The translations under genes and the position numbers were made by a program. This document shows, one piece after another, positions 47,673-58,636 of a stretch of DNA of 64,000 nt; within the stretch, counting starts at the first letter, position 1; each line of letters begins with the position of its first letter. The notes beneath the pieces are model-generated. The model was not told the origin of the DNA and searched no databases. It worked only from the letters and a program-made list of their open reading frames with translations. This stretch comes from an uncultured Acidobacteriota bacterium (GTDB lineage Bacteria; Acidobacteriota; UBA6911): positions 64,001 through 128,000 of the forward strand of contig CAWJKZ010000021.1 in NCBI GenBank assembly GCA_963843575.1. The letters are read 5' to 3'.

Positions 47673-48234
47673 CAGATTACCCGGACAGCTCGCTTGAGGT
47701 TCGCCAGCCTCCGGATATAGGACAGGAACCGCCAGTGCTCTTTATTCAGGCGTCTGAAGTGAGACCACAAAAGATATCGCCCAGAAGTACCCTTGTTGAA
47801 GCTGGTGGAGCGCAGGAGACGGAGTGCCTCTTAGCAAAACTTGAAGATCAAGACGTTGCGGCCTTGCTCCGGCATCAGTTGTTCGTCTACCGCGAACTGT
47901 TTGGGTGGCTGAACGCACCGTTCGAAGGCCCGCCGCAGCTAAAGCCCAGCTGTCGTTCGGGATCGCGTCGTAGTTCAGAATGCGAGAACCCACAGAGGAG
48001 CGGGTGCAACTCGATTGCTGGCCCAAAGAACCGCCGTGCGGAAACTCCCGGCGCGGCTCTCCGGGTAGGACATGCCGAGTCCGAATCCGAATGCGGTCAG
48101 GAGGGTCAATCTCAGCAGGAAGAAGCGGCAGGTCCGCAGCCGGGAGGTGTGCCGGAGCGTGCGGATTTCGGTGCTCATGCTTCCCCCCGGATTCCCGATG
48201 AAGGATCGTCTCACGCCGACCGGCGGTACCGCCG

Positions 48235-51200
48235 TCAGCGCAGGGTGAACGGGACCGCGGCGCGCTTGCCGCTGACCACCTCCGTCACGACGACGCGCCA
48301 GTCGCCCCTCGCGTCGTTGAGCGCCGTCCGGAAGCGGGTGTTCCCCTTGCCGTCCCTGATGTCCTCGTTGCCGGAGTAATACCGGACGATCTTGCCGGAG
48401 GGGTCGAAAACCTCGACCTTCGCGACCGAGCGGAGCCCCGGCGCGCCCGTGACCTGGAACTCGACGCGGATCTCCTCCCCGGCGGCGATCGCGGAGGGCG
48501 AGGCGGCCAGCACGGCCGACACCGGCGCCTCGACGATCGCGAACAGACGCGGGACCGCCGGCTCGATCTCGGTAACGAATTCCTGTCCGGCCGCGACGTA
48601 AGCCTTGTTCCTGACGTCGTACACGGTTCCAGGGGTGTCCAGCCGGATCCGGATCCTCTCCACGCCCGTGCCATCCCGGTCGGGGATCAACCCGAGGAGG
48701 CGCGTGCTCCCGAGGTTGAACAGATAGGCGGCGCAGCCGGCGACGGGGGCGCCGGAAGCCTGCGTGATGCGCGCCTTGGGGGCAAGCCCTGCATCCTCGA
48801 GCACCAGAGCCATGTCCTGCAGCGCCGGCCCTGCTCGTCCCTCGAGCCGGTCTTTCGGGTACGTGGACAGAAAGTGATTCAGCAGGTAGGTGCGCCCGCT
48901 GCCAAACCGGTTGGCGACGGCCGCGGGGGAGGCCCCTGCCCGGGCGAGGTTGCGGCCCGTGGTCAGCTGCACTCCCCGGTCCTGGGCCTCCGACAGGAGG
49001 GCTTCCCTGGACCCGGGCGCGGCGCTGATGCCGAGGACGTCCAGGAGTGGGCGTGAGGCGCGGAACGTGCAATGTTCGTCCATGACGCCGGACAGCGCGT
49101 CGGCCAGAAGAGTCCCTCCGCCGCGCACGAATTCCCGGATGGCCTCGACTTCGCGGTCGCTCAGCGCGATGCTCATCGGCAGCACGAGGGTCTGATAACC
49201 CCTGGAGAGGAGCTCGCCGTTTTCCACCGCGCCGTAGGCGATGAAGTCGAACTGGAGGCCGGAGTCCTTGAGTAACTTCACCCAGCCGTCGCGGTTGTCG
49301 TTGAAGCGGTCGAGGGCCTCGCTGGTGTGTTCGCTCGCTTCCTCTTTCACCTTCCCGTCGAGGATCCAGGCGCCGTGGATGCTCGGGTAGGAGTAGTGGA
49401 TCGCGATGCCGTGGTTGTCGGGGACCGCCAGGCCGACGAGCTTGCCGATCCCCTCGCCGCGCATCTCCTGGAATCCCTGCTCCATGTCCTTGCCGCTCTG
49501 GCTCATGGTGAGGTCGGGGTCGAGCGTGGAGTACTGCCAGAAGACGTAGGCCCCGCCGTTTGAACCTTTGAAGAGGTTGTCGTAGAAGTTGTAGAAGACG
49601 TCCCGGCCGAGCACGCCGTATCCTGCCCCGCCCGATATCTTCAGGTCGGTGCCGAAGCAGCGGTGGAACTCGAGCTGGTTGCCGCCATCGTACGCGTTCA
49701 AGTGCCGGGTATAGCGGTTGATGCGGCTGTAGTCGCAGCCGTTGTGCGATCCGGACTCCTGGGTGCCCGAATTCAGCAGGATCCCTTCGGGGTCGATCTT
49801 GCGTAGCTCGTCGAGGACGAAGGCGAAGGAGTCCGCGTAGGTTTTCTCCATGTACGTCCGGTGGTCGGCCCAGGAGGCGTAGTTCCCGCGCCGTTGTGCC
49901 CCGGGAGCGTCGTCGGGCTCGACGGCGTCCCATGTCGTGAAATCCGTACCCCACTGCCGGTTCAGCCGTTCGAGGGAGCCGTAGGACTCGCGCAGCCAGC
50001 GGCGCATCGCGTCCAGCGTGTGCGGCGAGAAACAGATGTCCACGGCGTCGGTGTAGCAGGTCAGCGACGGTTCCTCGTAGACGTAGTACGACATCGGGGA
50101 GAAGGGGACCCAGGGGTCGGTGAGCCGACTGAGTTCTTTCGAGACGAGCGCGCGGTAGTCGGGATCGTCCAGGCAGTACTGCCGCCGCAGGACGTGCTTG
50201 TCGCCCGTGGCGAGGTATTTCTTCTTCATGGCGGTGTAGTAGTCGCGCGCGGGTCCGTCGGGGGACTCCTGGCCGGGGATACGCGTCTGGGCCTGGACGT
50301 TGTAGTTGGCGTGCTTGCTGTGATTCACGGAATAGGACGAGAGGGTCGTCACGTTCAGGCGCCGCATCTGCTCGTCTATTTTCGGCCATATCCCGGGGAT
50401 CGGGTCGGGGCCGAAGCGATACATGACGATGTCGTAGTCATCCCAGCGCCGCGGCTGCAGGACGAAGACGTCGGCGGTGCGCCGGTCCGCGCGGACCTTG
50501 TCGACCACCACTTCGCAGTCGACCCGCGCGAGGTGGGTCAGGGCGCCGCGGGTCGCAAGCGCGAAGGAGTGTTCGGCCGCGGCGGGGAGGGTTGCGGTGG
50601 CGTACCGCTCGTCGAGCAGGCGGTCGTAGTTGTCGTAGAGCCGCATGCGGATTTCCGCGGTCGCGGGGGCGGTGGCCTCCAGGGTCAGGCGGACCGCGAC
50701 CTCGTCCCCGGAGCGCACGCGGTCGGTCACGGGTTTGAGCGAGCGGATCGTCACCCCCGCGGGGACGTCGAGCGTCGTGACCGACCAGTCGAGGGCGCGG
50801 TCGCCCTGCAGCAGCCTGGCCTCGATCGTGTGGCGGCCGCCCTGCAGTCGCGGCAGGCCGAAGCGGAGACGGCGCGCGCCGTCGCGCGCGGCGGCGAAGC
50901 CGGTGGTCTCGACCTCACCGAAGCTGTTGCGGACAGTGACGGCGAGGCGCGAGCCGGCGGGCGCCCCGTCGACCCGGGCCTCGACCGCCGCGGCCGTACA
51001 CGTTACCTCGCGTATGGCGGCCGCGGGCTCGCGCCCCGCGGCCCAGACAACGGCCCGGGCGACGAGCGACCAGAGGTAGTCGTGGTAGGGATAGTGCAGC
51101 CCCGTTTCAAAGACGTCGTGGATTTCCGGGATCATCCCCTTTTCGGTGTAGGCAAAGGCCACCACGCGCCCCTTGCCCAGGGTTTGAACCGCGAGCACGG

Positions 51201-52392
51201 GATTTCCGGAGGCGGTGCGCAGCAGCACCTGTCCCGCGGCGCTCGATGGGGGAACCGCCATCTGCTCCCAAGGGAAGAGTGGCAGCGGGACGCCGCGAGT
51301 GATGTAGTGCTCCCCGACCGGCTGCCAGGGCGAGTGGTCCAGGTTCTCGAAACGGTTCCGGAAGAAATTGTTGGAGTCTTCGTTTTTGATGTCTGGGGCG
51401 CGTACGAGCGGCGAAGGCGTCCAGGCAGCGTCGGACTTGCCGTCGCGGCTGAAGGGGTAAAACAGGACGAGGCCCGTGCCCTGTTCCACGCGCCGGCGCA
51501 GGGCGTCACGGATTTCCTGCGGGTAACTGTCCCAGGGGCGCAGGCCGGGCCAGAGGATCACGTCGTAGCTCGGCCCATGGATCAGGTCGTCGGCGATGTA
51601 AGCGTGGGCCAGGCTGTAGGCGTGGGCCCAGAACTCCCCGCCGGAACTGCGCTGGGTGTAGAAGTCGCCGAAACCCCACTTGTTCGTTCCCGGGCTGCTC
51701 CCGATGGTCGTCGCCCTCAACTGCATGTCGAGGCGCTGGGCGAGCTCGATCACGCCGCGGCCGTCCGCGACGTCGGCGAGCGCAAACACCCTGATCGGTC
51801 CGCCCCCGAGCGGACGCGCCCAGGGGATGTGCGGAGTCTCGACCTCCGTCGAGTAGTCAATGTCCCACCGGCCGCGCGCCTTCAGGACGGGGTGATAGCG
51901 ATCCAGCGCGACGTAGTCCAGGTACCATGTGCCGCCCTGCTTCGTCTCGAGCGACAGCCGCCGGACGGCCGAGCGGTCCAGCCCCGGCATCTCGGCGAGC
52001 GGCCATTGCAGGTGATTGACCCCGGCACGCAGGGCAAAGACGCGGGAAGCGACCGAGCCGGCGGCGTCGGTGAGGGCAACCCGGGCCTCGCCCGGCTGCA
52101 TGCTCCAGACGAAGGCGAGCAGTGATTCCTGCCGCCGCCAGTCGGCGGGAACCCGGGCGGTCTCGACCGCACCCCCGTCTTCGGGGAAAACGATTTCCAG
52201 CGAGTTCCGCTCCCAGGCGGGGAAACGCTCGGACTGGCTTACCCGGACGCGCGCCGACGCACGCACGGCGGCGACTTCGTCCGAGCTTTCGAACGAGGCG
52301 AAGACCTGCTGCTCGGCGCGGAGCGCCGGTGCGGCGGAAAGGGCGACCAGCAGTAACGCGAGGGTGCGCGGCACCAGTGTGCGGTCGGACAT
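48235..52392 (-). CDS. Large secreted glycoside hydrolase with GH42-like catalytic and beta-galactosidase trimerisation-like domains
   Basis: Signal peptide; YYVYEEP; MRRWLRESYGSLERLNRQWGTDFTTWD; WADHRTYM; IAIHYS; LVLPMSIALS..EVEAIREFVRGGGTLLAD; C-term ALNDARGDWRV. Confidence 0.78.
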   Translation of the reverse strand: MSDRTLVPRTLALLLVALSAAPALRAEQQVFASFESSDEVAAVRASARVRVSQSERFPAWERNSLEIVFPEDGGAVETARVPADWRRQESLLAFVWSMQPGEARVALTDAAGSVASRVFALRAGVNHLQWPLAEMPGLDRSAVRRLSLETKQGGTWYLDYVALDRYHPVLKARGRWDIDYSTEVETPHIPWARPLGGGPIRVFALADVADGRGVIELAQRLDMQLRATTIGSSPGTNKWGFGDFYTQRSSGGEFWAHAYSLAHAYIADDLIHGPSYDVILWPGLRPWDSYPQEIRDALRRRVEQGTGLVLFYPFSRDGKSDAAWTPSPLVRAPDIKNEDSNNFFRNRFENLDHSPWQPVGEHYITRGVPLPLFPWEQMAVPPSSAAGQVLLRTASGNPVLAVQTLGKGRVVAFAYTEKGMIPEIHDVFETGLHYPYHDYLWSLVARAVVWAAGREPAAAIREVTCTAAAVEARVDGAPAGSRLAVTVRNSFGEVETTGFAAARDGARRLRFGLPRLQGGRHTIEARLLQGDRALDWSVTTLDVPAGVTIRSLKPVTDRVRSGDEVAVRLTLEATAPATAEIRMRLYDNYDRLLDERYATATLPAAAEHSFALATRGALTHLARVDCEVVVDKVRADRRTADVFVLQPRRWDDYDIVMYRFGPDPIPGIWPKIDEQMRRLNVTTLSSYSVNHSKHANYNVQAQTRIPGQESPDGPARDYYTAMKKKYLATGDKHVLRRQYCLDDPDYRALVSKELSRLTDPWVPFSPMSYYVYEEPSLTCYTDAVDICFSPHTLDAMRRWLRESYGSLERLNRQWGTDFTTWDAVEPDDAPGAQRRGNYASWADHRTYMEKTYADSFAFVLDELRKIDPEGILLNSGTQESGSHNGCDYSRINRYTRHLNAYDGGNQLEFHRCFGTDLKISGGAGYGVLGRDVFYNFYDNLFKGSNGGAYVFWQYSTLDPDLTMSQSGKDMEQGFQEMRGEGIGKLVGLAVPDNHGIAIHYSYPSIHGAWILDGKVKEEASEHTSEALDRFNDNRDGWVKLLKDSGLQFDFIAYGAVENGELLSRGYQTLVLPMSIALSDREVEAIREFVRGGGTLLADALSGVMDEHCTFRASRPLLDVLGISAAPGSREALLSEAQDRGVQLTTGRNLARAGASPAAVANRFGSGRTYLLNHFLSTYPKDRLEGRAGPALQDMALVLEDAGLAPKARITQASGAPVAGCAAYLFNLGSTRLLGLIPDRDGTGVERIRIRLDTPGTVYDVRNKAYVAAGQEFVTEIEPAVPRLFAIVEAPVSAVLAASPSAIAAGEEIRVEFQVTGAPGLRSVAKVEVFDPSGKIVRYYSGNEDIRDGKGNTRFRTALNDARGDWRVVVTEVVSGKRAAVPFTLR

Positions 52393-52470
52393 CGGATCAC
52401 CTCCGGGGTTTCTCCGTTTTGGGCTGGCTATAACCTCGCACAGGGGTTCGCCCGAAAGCAACGAGTCTGA

Positions 52471-52500
52471 GTGGGCCGCGTCGGCCCGACGCGGTCCCTG
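52471..52500 (+). repeat. GTGG-type REP hairpin (family 2, copy 1)
   Basis: gtgggccgcgtcggcccgacgcggtccctg; near-identical to 58560-58589. Confidence 0.75.
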
Positions 52501-52551
52501 GTCGTGAGATTCCAGAAGACAGACGGCCCCGTCGAGCCGCCGTGCTCCATA

Positions 52552-55500
52552 TCATTCGTTCGGGGCAGCCCGCTTCGCGAGGCAACAGAGCGCGGGCAGT
52601 GCGACGAGCGAAATCACGAGCGTGGAGATCAAGCCGCCAAGGATGACGGTTGCGAGCGGTCTCTGGATATCCGAGCCGATACCGGTCGCGAACGCGGCCG
52701 GCGTGATCCCCAGGGCTGCGATGACTATGAGCATGAGGAGCGGGCGGAACTGCGCGCAGGCCCCGACGAGCACAGCCTGTTTCACGGGTTGGTCGTAGTC
52801 GTGCAGCTGCCGGTTGATCTCCGTCAGGTAGAGCACCCCCCCCATGACCGCCACGCCGAAAAGCGAAACGAAGCCCACGGCGGCCGACACGCTGAAATGG
52901 ATGCCGCGCAGATAAAGCGCGAGGATGCCGCCGGCGATGGAAAAGGGCACGTTGGCGAGCACCAGCGCGGCATCCCGTGTCGAGCCGAAGGTCCAGTAGA
53001 GGAGCACGAAGATCACGCCGATGGTGACCGGAAGGATCCATGCCAGCCGCTTGCGGGCACGTTCCAGGTTTTCGAACTGGCCGCCCCATTCCACGCGGTA
53101 CCCTGGGCCGAGGCTAACCTGCTCGGCACAAAGACTCTGCGCTTCGGCGACGAAGCTTCCCTGGTCTCGCCCGCGGATGTTGGTGCGGACGCTGATCTGG
53201 CGGCGGTTCTCCCGGCGCGCGATGATGCTGGAGCCGTCGGCCACGGTGATCGCTGCCAGCCGCCCCAGCGGGATACGGCTGCCGTCCACCGACGGCACCA
53301 GGATGTTGCCGATATCCGAGACCGTGCTCCGTGCATCCGGTGCGTAGCGCACGACGATGTCGAAGGACCGCTCGCCCTCGTACATTTGACTGACCGGCCG
53401 CCCTCCGACCGCCAGCTCGATGACCTCCTGCACGTCCTGCACGTTGATGCCGTAGCGCGCCACCTCCTGGCGGTTGACCTCGATCCGGAGTTGGGCCTGA
53501 TCGGCCTCCTGCTCGATGGCCGTGTCGCGGACCCCGGTACCTGGCGCAGTATGCCCAGCACCCGCGTCGCCTTGGCGCGGAGTTCGCGCAGATCGTCCCG
53601 CTGAGGATGACGGCCAGATCGGCGGAGGAGCCGGTGACCGCCTCGGTCACCATGTCGATGATGGGCTGTGTGAAGCTGAAGGCGGCGCCTGGGATGTTCT
53701 CGCGCAACCGCAGGGCGATTCCCTCGGTCAGGTCCGTCTTGTGTTTCCCCTTCGGCCAGGTCGAGTAGGGCTCGAGGGCGACCAGGAACTCGTTCCGGTT
53801 CGGCCCGAACGGCTCGGTGTTGGATTCCTGCCGCCCGGTCTGGGAAGTGACAAGCCTGACCTCATCGGACAGGGCGATCAGCCCGCGGACCTTGCCGGCG
53901 ACCTCGGCCGATTTTTCCAGCGAGATGCCGGGCGGGAGTATGCACCGCACCCAGAGTACGCCTTCGTCAAGTTGCGGGAGGAACTCGGTCCCGAGCCGGC
54001 CCCCCAGCGAGAAGCAGCCGGCGAGGAGGAGGGCGATGCCGGCGGTGACTCGCCACGGTCGGGTCAGGAGGAATCGGAGCAGGGCCTCGTAGCGGCGCGT
54101 GAGCCAGGGGATGAAGGGATTGCGCCAGCCGCGGAATCCCCTTCCGAACAGAAACGTCGCCAGGACCGGCACGACCAGCAGCGCGATCACCAGCGCGCCG
54201 GCTAGCGCGGCGCAGATGGTGAAGGCCATCGGGGTGAAGAGCCGGCGCTCTACCCGTTCCAGCGTGAACAGCGGCAGGTAGGCGGCCACCAGGATAAGCA
54301 GGGAGAAGAAGACGGGTCGCTGCATCTCTGTGGCGGCCTGCCTGACCATGTCCTGCGTGCGGTGGCGCGACTCGGGATGGGGATCGTGGCGCAAGCGTCG
54401 CACGATGTACTCCACCATGACCAGGGTTCCGTCCACGATGATGCCGAAGTCGAGCGCGCCGAGGCTGAGCAGGTTGGCCGGGATGCCGTACAGGTGCATG
54501 CACCCGAACGCCAGCAGGAGCGACATCGGGACGGTGACGGCCGTGAGCAGGGCGGCCTGGAAGCTCCCCAGGAAGAACACGAGCACCAGGAACACGATCG
54601 CGAGCCCCTCGGCGAGCGTGCGGGAGACGGTCCGGAGCGTGTTTTGAATCAGTTCAGAACGGTCGTAGATCGGGACGATTCGGACCGACGGGGGGAGACC
54701 CCTCTCATTCAGTTCGTCCACCGCATCCCGCACGCCGGCCAGCACCTCGCTCGGGTTCTCGCCTCGACGCATGGCGACCACGCCTTCGACCCGGCCCGAT
54801 TCGCCGTCGATGCCGAAGATGCCGGCCGGCGGTTCCGCCCCGATGTTGACGCGCGCAACATCGCGCACGAAGATCGGGGTGCCTCGGTTGGACGCCACGA
54901 CAATGTTTTCGATGTCGCCAACGGACCGGACCGCTCCGACACCCCGGACGACCATGGCCTGCTGCCCGTGGGGGAGCAGGGAGCCGCCGGCGTTCTGATT
55001 GTTCGCACTGACCGAATCGGCGATGCTGTCGATGGTCAGGTCGTATTTGTAGAGGGCCAGCGGATCGATTTCGATCTGGTACTGCTTTATCAGGCCGCCG
55101 AACGGGAATACGTCGCCCACGCCGGGGACCTGCAGGAGGCGGGGCGCGATCACCCAATCCTGCAGTTCCCGCAATGCCATCGGGCCGGACTCGGGGCCCG
55201 TGATGGTGTAGCGGTAGAGTTCGCCCGCCGGGGACGTCGGCGGGGCCAGCGTGGGGTTGACCTGGTCGGGGAGGTCGGCGTCGCGCAGTCTCTCGAGCAC
55301 CACCTGCCGGGCGAAGTAGTCGTCGGTGCCGTACGCGAAAGTCAGGTCCACGACGGAAAGCCCGAAAATGGTGCGCGACCTGCGCGCCAGGACCCGGGGC
55401 ACGCTGTTCAGTGCTCGTTCGACGGGCACGGTGACCTGTTGCTCCACCTCCTCCACGGCGTGTCCGGGGTACAGCGTGATGACGATGACCTGTGTTTCGG

Positions 55501-55627
55501 ACAGGTCGGGATAGGCTTCCACCTTCAACCGGGCGAACGCCCACAGCCCCAGCCCGGCGGCTCCGAGGGTCACCAGGAGCGTGATCACACGGTGGCGAAA
55601 GGCCAGGGGCAGGAGGTTGGCAATCAA
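52552..55627 (-). pseudogene. czcA: CzcA/CusA-family heavy-metal RND transporter with two -1 frameshifts in G runs (probably assembly errors)
   Basis: EAYPDLS...PGHAVEEVEQQVT; TM4 ANLLSLGALDFGIIVDG; EFLPQLDEG; WGGQFEN; IGSDIQRPLATVILGG. Adding one G at 53597-99 and one at 53532-35 restores the frame. Confidence 0.88.
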
Positions 55628-56793
55628 CTCGCGCCTCCCGCGCTGCCGTGCAGCAGGATCGCGGCGTCGACCACCACCCGCTCGCCTGCGCGGATGCCGG
55701 AGAGTATTGCCACTCCCTGCCCGACAGACGCTCCCGTCTCGACCTTGACGCGCTGAAACTTCCCGGGGCGCTCTTCGACGAAGACCCACGAACTCCCTTC
55801 GGCCTGGACGACCGCCGCCCGCGGCACAACTGGCAGGGTGCGGGTGCCGTGGGAATGCCGGATTCTTGCGAACATTTCGGGAAGGAAGCGGCCGGCGCGG
55901 TTCCCAAGCTCGGTGCAGACCTGGACGCACCGGGTCTGAGGGTCCACCGTATCTGCGACGCGCAGGACGCGGCCGCCGAAGACCTCCCCGGGGTAGGCGG
56001 CCAGCTCGATCCTGACAAGCTCGCCTTGCTTGATCAACCGTATCGAGCTCTCCGGAACCGCCGATGTGACCCAGAGGGTGCTGAGGTCTGCGACGGTGAT
56101 GAGTGGCTCGGTCGTGTCGTTGCGATACTCGCCGTGGACCACCTTGAGCTCGAGCACCTTGCCGGCGATCGGCGAGCGCACGACGACCTGTTGGCCGAAG
56201 ACGCCGGGCTGCAGTCCGAGGATCGCGATCCGGCGGCGGCATTGCTCGCCGGCGGCGAGCGCCTCCTTCAGCGCCGCCTCGGCCGTGGTGAGGTCGCTTT
56301 CGGCGTGGAGCACGTCTTTCTGGGCCATGGCCCCGTGGCCGAACAGGTCCTGGGCGCGCTCGAGGTCGGCCCGCGCCTTGGAGAGGGTCGCGCGCACCTG
56401 CAGCTGGCTGGCTTCGGCGCGAAGGTAGTCCGACATGGCCGCTTCGGCCTCGGGGCTCTCCACGCGCAGCAGCTCCTGCCCCTGAGCCACCGCGTCCCCG
56501 AGTCGCACTTCCACCGCCGCGATGCGGCCGGCGACGGGGAGCACGATCCGGGAGATCCGATTGGGGTTGATCTCAAGTTTACCGGGGGCGACAACTTCGT
56601 CCTGTGGTATGGGGGCCGATTTCGCGGGACCGGTCCGAATCTGGGCGAGCTTCGGGGAGTTGGGGGCGAAGACTACGCGTCCGTCCGTCGGGCTCCCCGC
56701 CGCGGCTCCGGCCGCCACGCTCCGGGCAGGATTCCCGGGATGGCAACCTGAACCAAAGAGTGCGACCAGCAGTATGATCTGACAAGTTCTCAT
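55624..56793 (-). CDS. czcB: RND efflux periplasmic adaptor (CzcB/CusB-like), lipoprotein
   Basis: Lipobox-like FGSGC; VRSPIAGKV; VADLSTLWV; DTVDPQTR; FLPEMFAR; VVPRAAV. Confidence 0.88.
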   Translation of the reverse strand: MRTCQIILLVALFGSGCHPGNPARSVAAGAAAGSPTDGRVVFAPNSPKLAQIRTGPAKSAPIPQDEVVAPGKLEINPNRISRIVLPVAGRIAAVEVRLGDAVAQGQELLRVESPEAEAAMSDYLRAEASQLQVRATLSKARADLERAQDLFGHGAMAQKDVLHAESDLTTAEAALKEALAAGEQCRRRIAILGLQPGVFGQQVVVRSPIAGKVLELKVVHGEYRNDTTEPLITVADLSTLWVTSAVPESSIRLIKQGELVRIELAAYPGEVFGGRVLRVADTVDPQTRCVQVCTELGNRAGRFLPEMFARIRHSHGTRTLPVVPRAAVVQAEGSSWVFVEERPGKFQRVKVETGASVGQGVAILSGIRAGERVVVDAAILLHGSAGGAS

Positions 56794-58085
56794 GGTTTCA
56801 CCTCTTTCCCGGACACCGAGTCGAGGATGTAAAGGGCGCGGGCGTACTCCGCGCGGGCTTCGTGGTAACTCTGCATCGTTTCGTTGAATGCGCGCTCGGC
56901 GTCGAGCAGCTCGAGCAAGGTCGCATCACCACGACGGTAGGAATAGACGGTGATTTCGCGGACGTCGCGCGCCTGGCCGACCATCGCGGCGTCGATGTCG
57001 TGCAGGAGGTCGCGAGCTGTGGCGTATTGCTGGTAGGCGGCGTCGATTTCCGCGGAGAGCCGCTGTTCGAGCGCGCGCCCCCGCAATTCCAGCTGACGCT
57101 GTTCCCGGCGAGCGCGCTCGATTTCGCCCTGGTTCCGGTCGAAGAGGGGCAGCGGGATCTCGAGGAAGAAGCCGAGCGAATTGCTTTTTCCGTTGGCTCC
57201 CTGCTGCCGGCGATACTCCGCCCCCACCATATAGTCTTGGCTGGCCTGCGCCTGCTGCAACCGCACCTCGGCACCGGCGCGCTCGATATCACCGCGGAGG
57301 GCGAGTAGGTCGGGGCGCAGCCGCAAGGCACGCTCCTTCAGCACCTCGAGGGGCGATACGGCGGGGTCGCGCCTCAGGTCCCCCTCGACGTCTCGCACGG
57401 ACTCGGGCTGAGTCCTGCCCATCAGGGTCGCCAGCCGGGTCAATGCCTGGTTCAGGCGCAGCTCGCTCCGCCGGACTGAATTTCGAAACTGAAGCGCCGC
57501 CAGCCTTGAGCGGATCAGTTCCACTCTGGAAAGGTCGCCTGCCCGGGCGCGTGCCTCGTTGATCTCCACGATCCGGTCGAGCGATTCGAGGCTGAGCCGG
57601 GCTACCGAGAGGCTGTCGCGCGCGAGCTGGGCGTCGACAAAGGCACTCTGCGTGTCGAGCACCAGGATGCGTGCGGCATCCAGAAACGCGAGCTCCGTCA
57701 CCGTGCGCGCCAAGCGCGCCGATTGCACGCGCCAGCGGCGCTTCGCGCCGCGCTCGAGCAGGAGATCCGAGCGCAGGTTCAGTTCGGACGGCCCGGCGCC
57801 GTTGGCCTCGCTGAATCCCGTGCCGGCCAGATCCAGGTGGTCGCCTCCGGCGCTGAGCACCGGGTTGGGTCGCAGCCTGGCGGTGATGACGCGCGCTTCG
57901 GCGATGCCGACGTTGGCCTTTTCCGCCAGGAGCGACAGGTTGTTGCGGAGCGCCTCGTCGACCGCCTGTTCTATGCTGATCCTGGCCGGATCCGCCGCGG
58001 GCTGGTCGTTCTGAGCCGGGGCCCGCCGCGCCGCGGCCGTCCAGACCAGCGCCGCGATGCACAAACCGATTGCAGTGTGCTGCAC
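56790..58085 (-). CDS. czcC: TolC-family outer-membrane efflux protein (CzcC-like)
   Basis: ARLRPNP; LERGAKRRWR; IPLPLFDRNQGEI; YRRGDATLLELLDAER; GTG start after GAGAGG. Confidence 0.87.
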   Translation of the reverse strand: MQHTAIGLCIAALVWTAAARRAPAQNDQPAADPARISIEQAVDEALRNNLSLLAEKANVGIAEARVITARLRPNPVLSAGGDHLDLAGTGFSEANGAGPSELNLRSDLLLERGAKRRWRVQSARLARTVTELAFLDAARILVLDTQSAFVDAQLARDSLSVARLSLESLDRIVEINEARARAGDLSRVELIRSRLAALQFRNSVRRSELRLNQALTRLATLMGRTQPESVRDVEGDLRRDPAVSPLEVLKERALRLRPDLLALRGDIERAGAEVRLQQAQASQDYMVGAEYRRQQGANGKSNSLGFFLEIPLPLFDRNQGEIERARREQRQLELRGRALEQRLSAEIDAAYQQYATARDLLHDIDAAMVGQARDVREITVYSYRRGDATLLELLDAERAFNETMQSYHEARAEYARALYILDSVSGKEVKP

Positions 58086-58150
58086 GATGGCTGTTCCTCT
58101 CTTACGTGGGGATGGAAGCACCCGGACGTCGAGTCAGGGCAGGACAAGGG

Positions 58151-58450
58151 TCAGACGGCGGGGTGGAGAGGTGGAGCCCGGACCGGAGTTTCCCGGAGGA
58201 CGGTGGTGGGGGTGAAGCCGATCTTGCTCAGGCAATTGGAAATGACGAAGGTCGGGGTCGGCGGTTCGATGCCTATTGGATGGGCGAGGTCTTCGGACCA
58301 CGATCCGTGTTCGAGGTTGGTGAATGCGCAGGGTTGCGCCGAAAGCCTGTTGTGCCGGTGCCACGGGCTGAAGAGAAAGAGGCTCAGGCCGGTGATGCTG
58401 AAGAGAACAGTGAGACTGACCAGCCTTCTCGATCGAGCGTATCTGCCCAT
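58151..58450 (-). CDS. DUF2946/CzcI-like leader protein with His/Cys cluster and C-terminal RAPP motif
   Basis: 99 aa: MGRYARSRR, a hydrophobic helix, WHRH..PCAFTNLEH, then PVRAPPLHPAV; stop codon 65 nt before czcC. Confidence 0.7.
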   Translation of the reverse strand: MGRYARSRRLVSLTVLFSITGLSLFLFSPWHRHNRLSAQPCAFTNLEHGSWSEDLAHPIGIEPPTPTFVISNCLSKIGFTPTTVLRETPVRAPPLHPAV

Positions 58451-58559
58451 GCGACGTCCCACAGTTAACGTGCCTACATTAACACAGTCGAATCTGGAGT
58501 CGTGTCTTGAAAATCCATTGGGAACCCAGAACGAGGGAAGGACCGGTGGCCCGGCCAAG

Positions 58560-58589
58560 GTGGGCCGCGTCGGCCCGACGCGGCCCCTG
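58560..58589 (+). repeat. GTGG-type REP hairpin (family 2, copy 2)
   Basis: gtgggccgcgtcggcccgacgcggcccctg. Confidence 0.75.
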
Positions 58590-58636
58590 ACTCGGGGTAC
58601 ACCTCTTACGAAGCTTGAACCGCAGGGCGAGGACGG

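Noticed and set aside
47690-48200. Lower-GC spacer with ORF 47666..48379 and a weak attC-like GCTGAAC...GTTCGGG segment
   Set aside because: No RBS or recognisable domain, the ORF overlaps the GH42-like gene, and the pairing is poor; at most an unidentifiable remnant.
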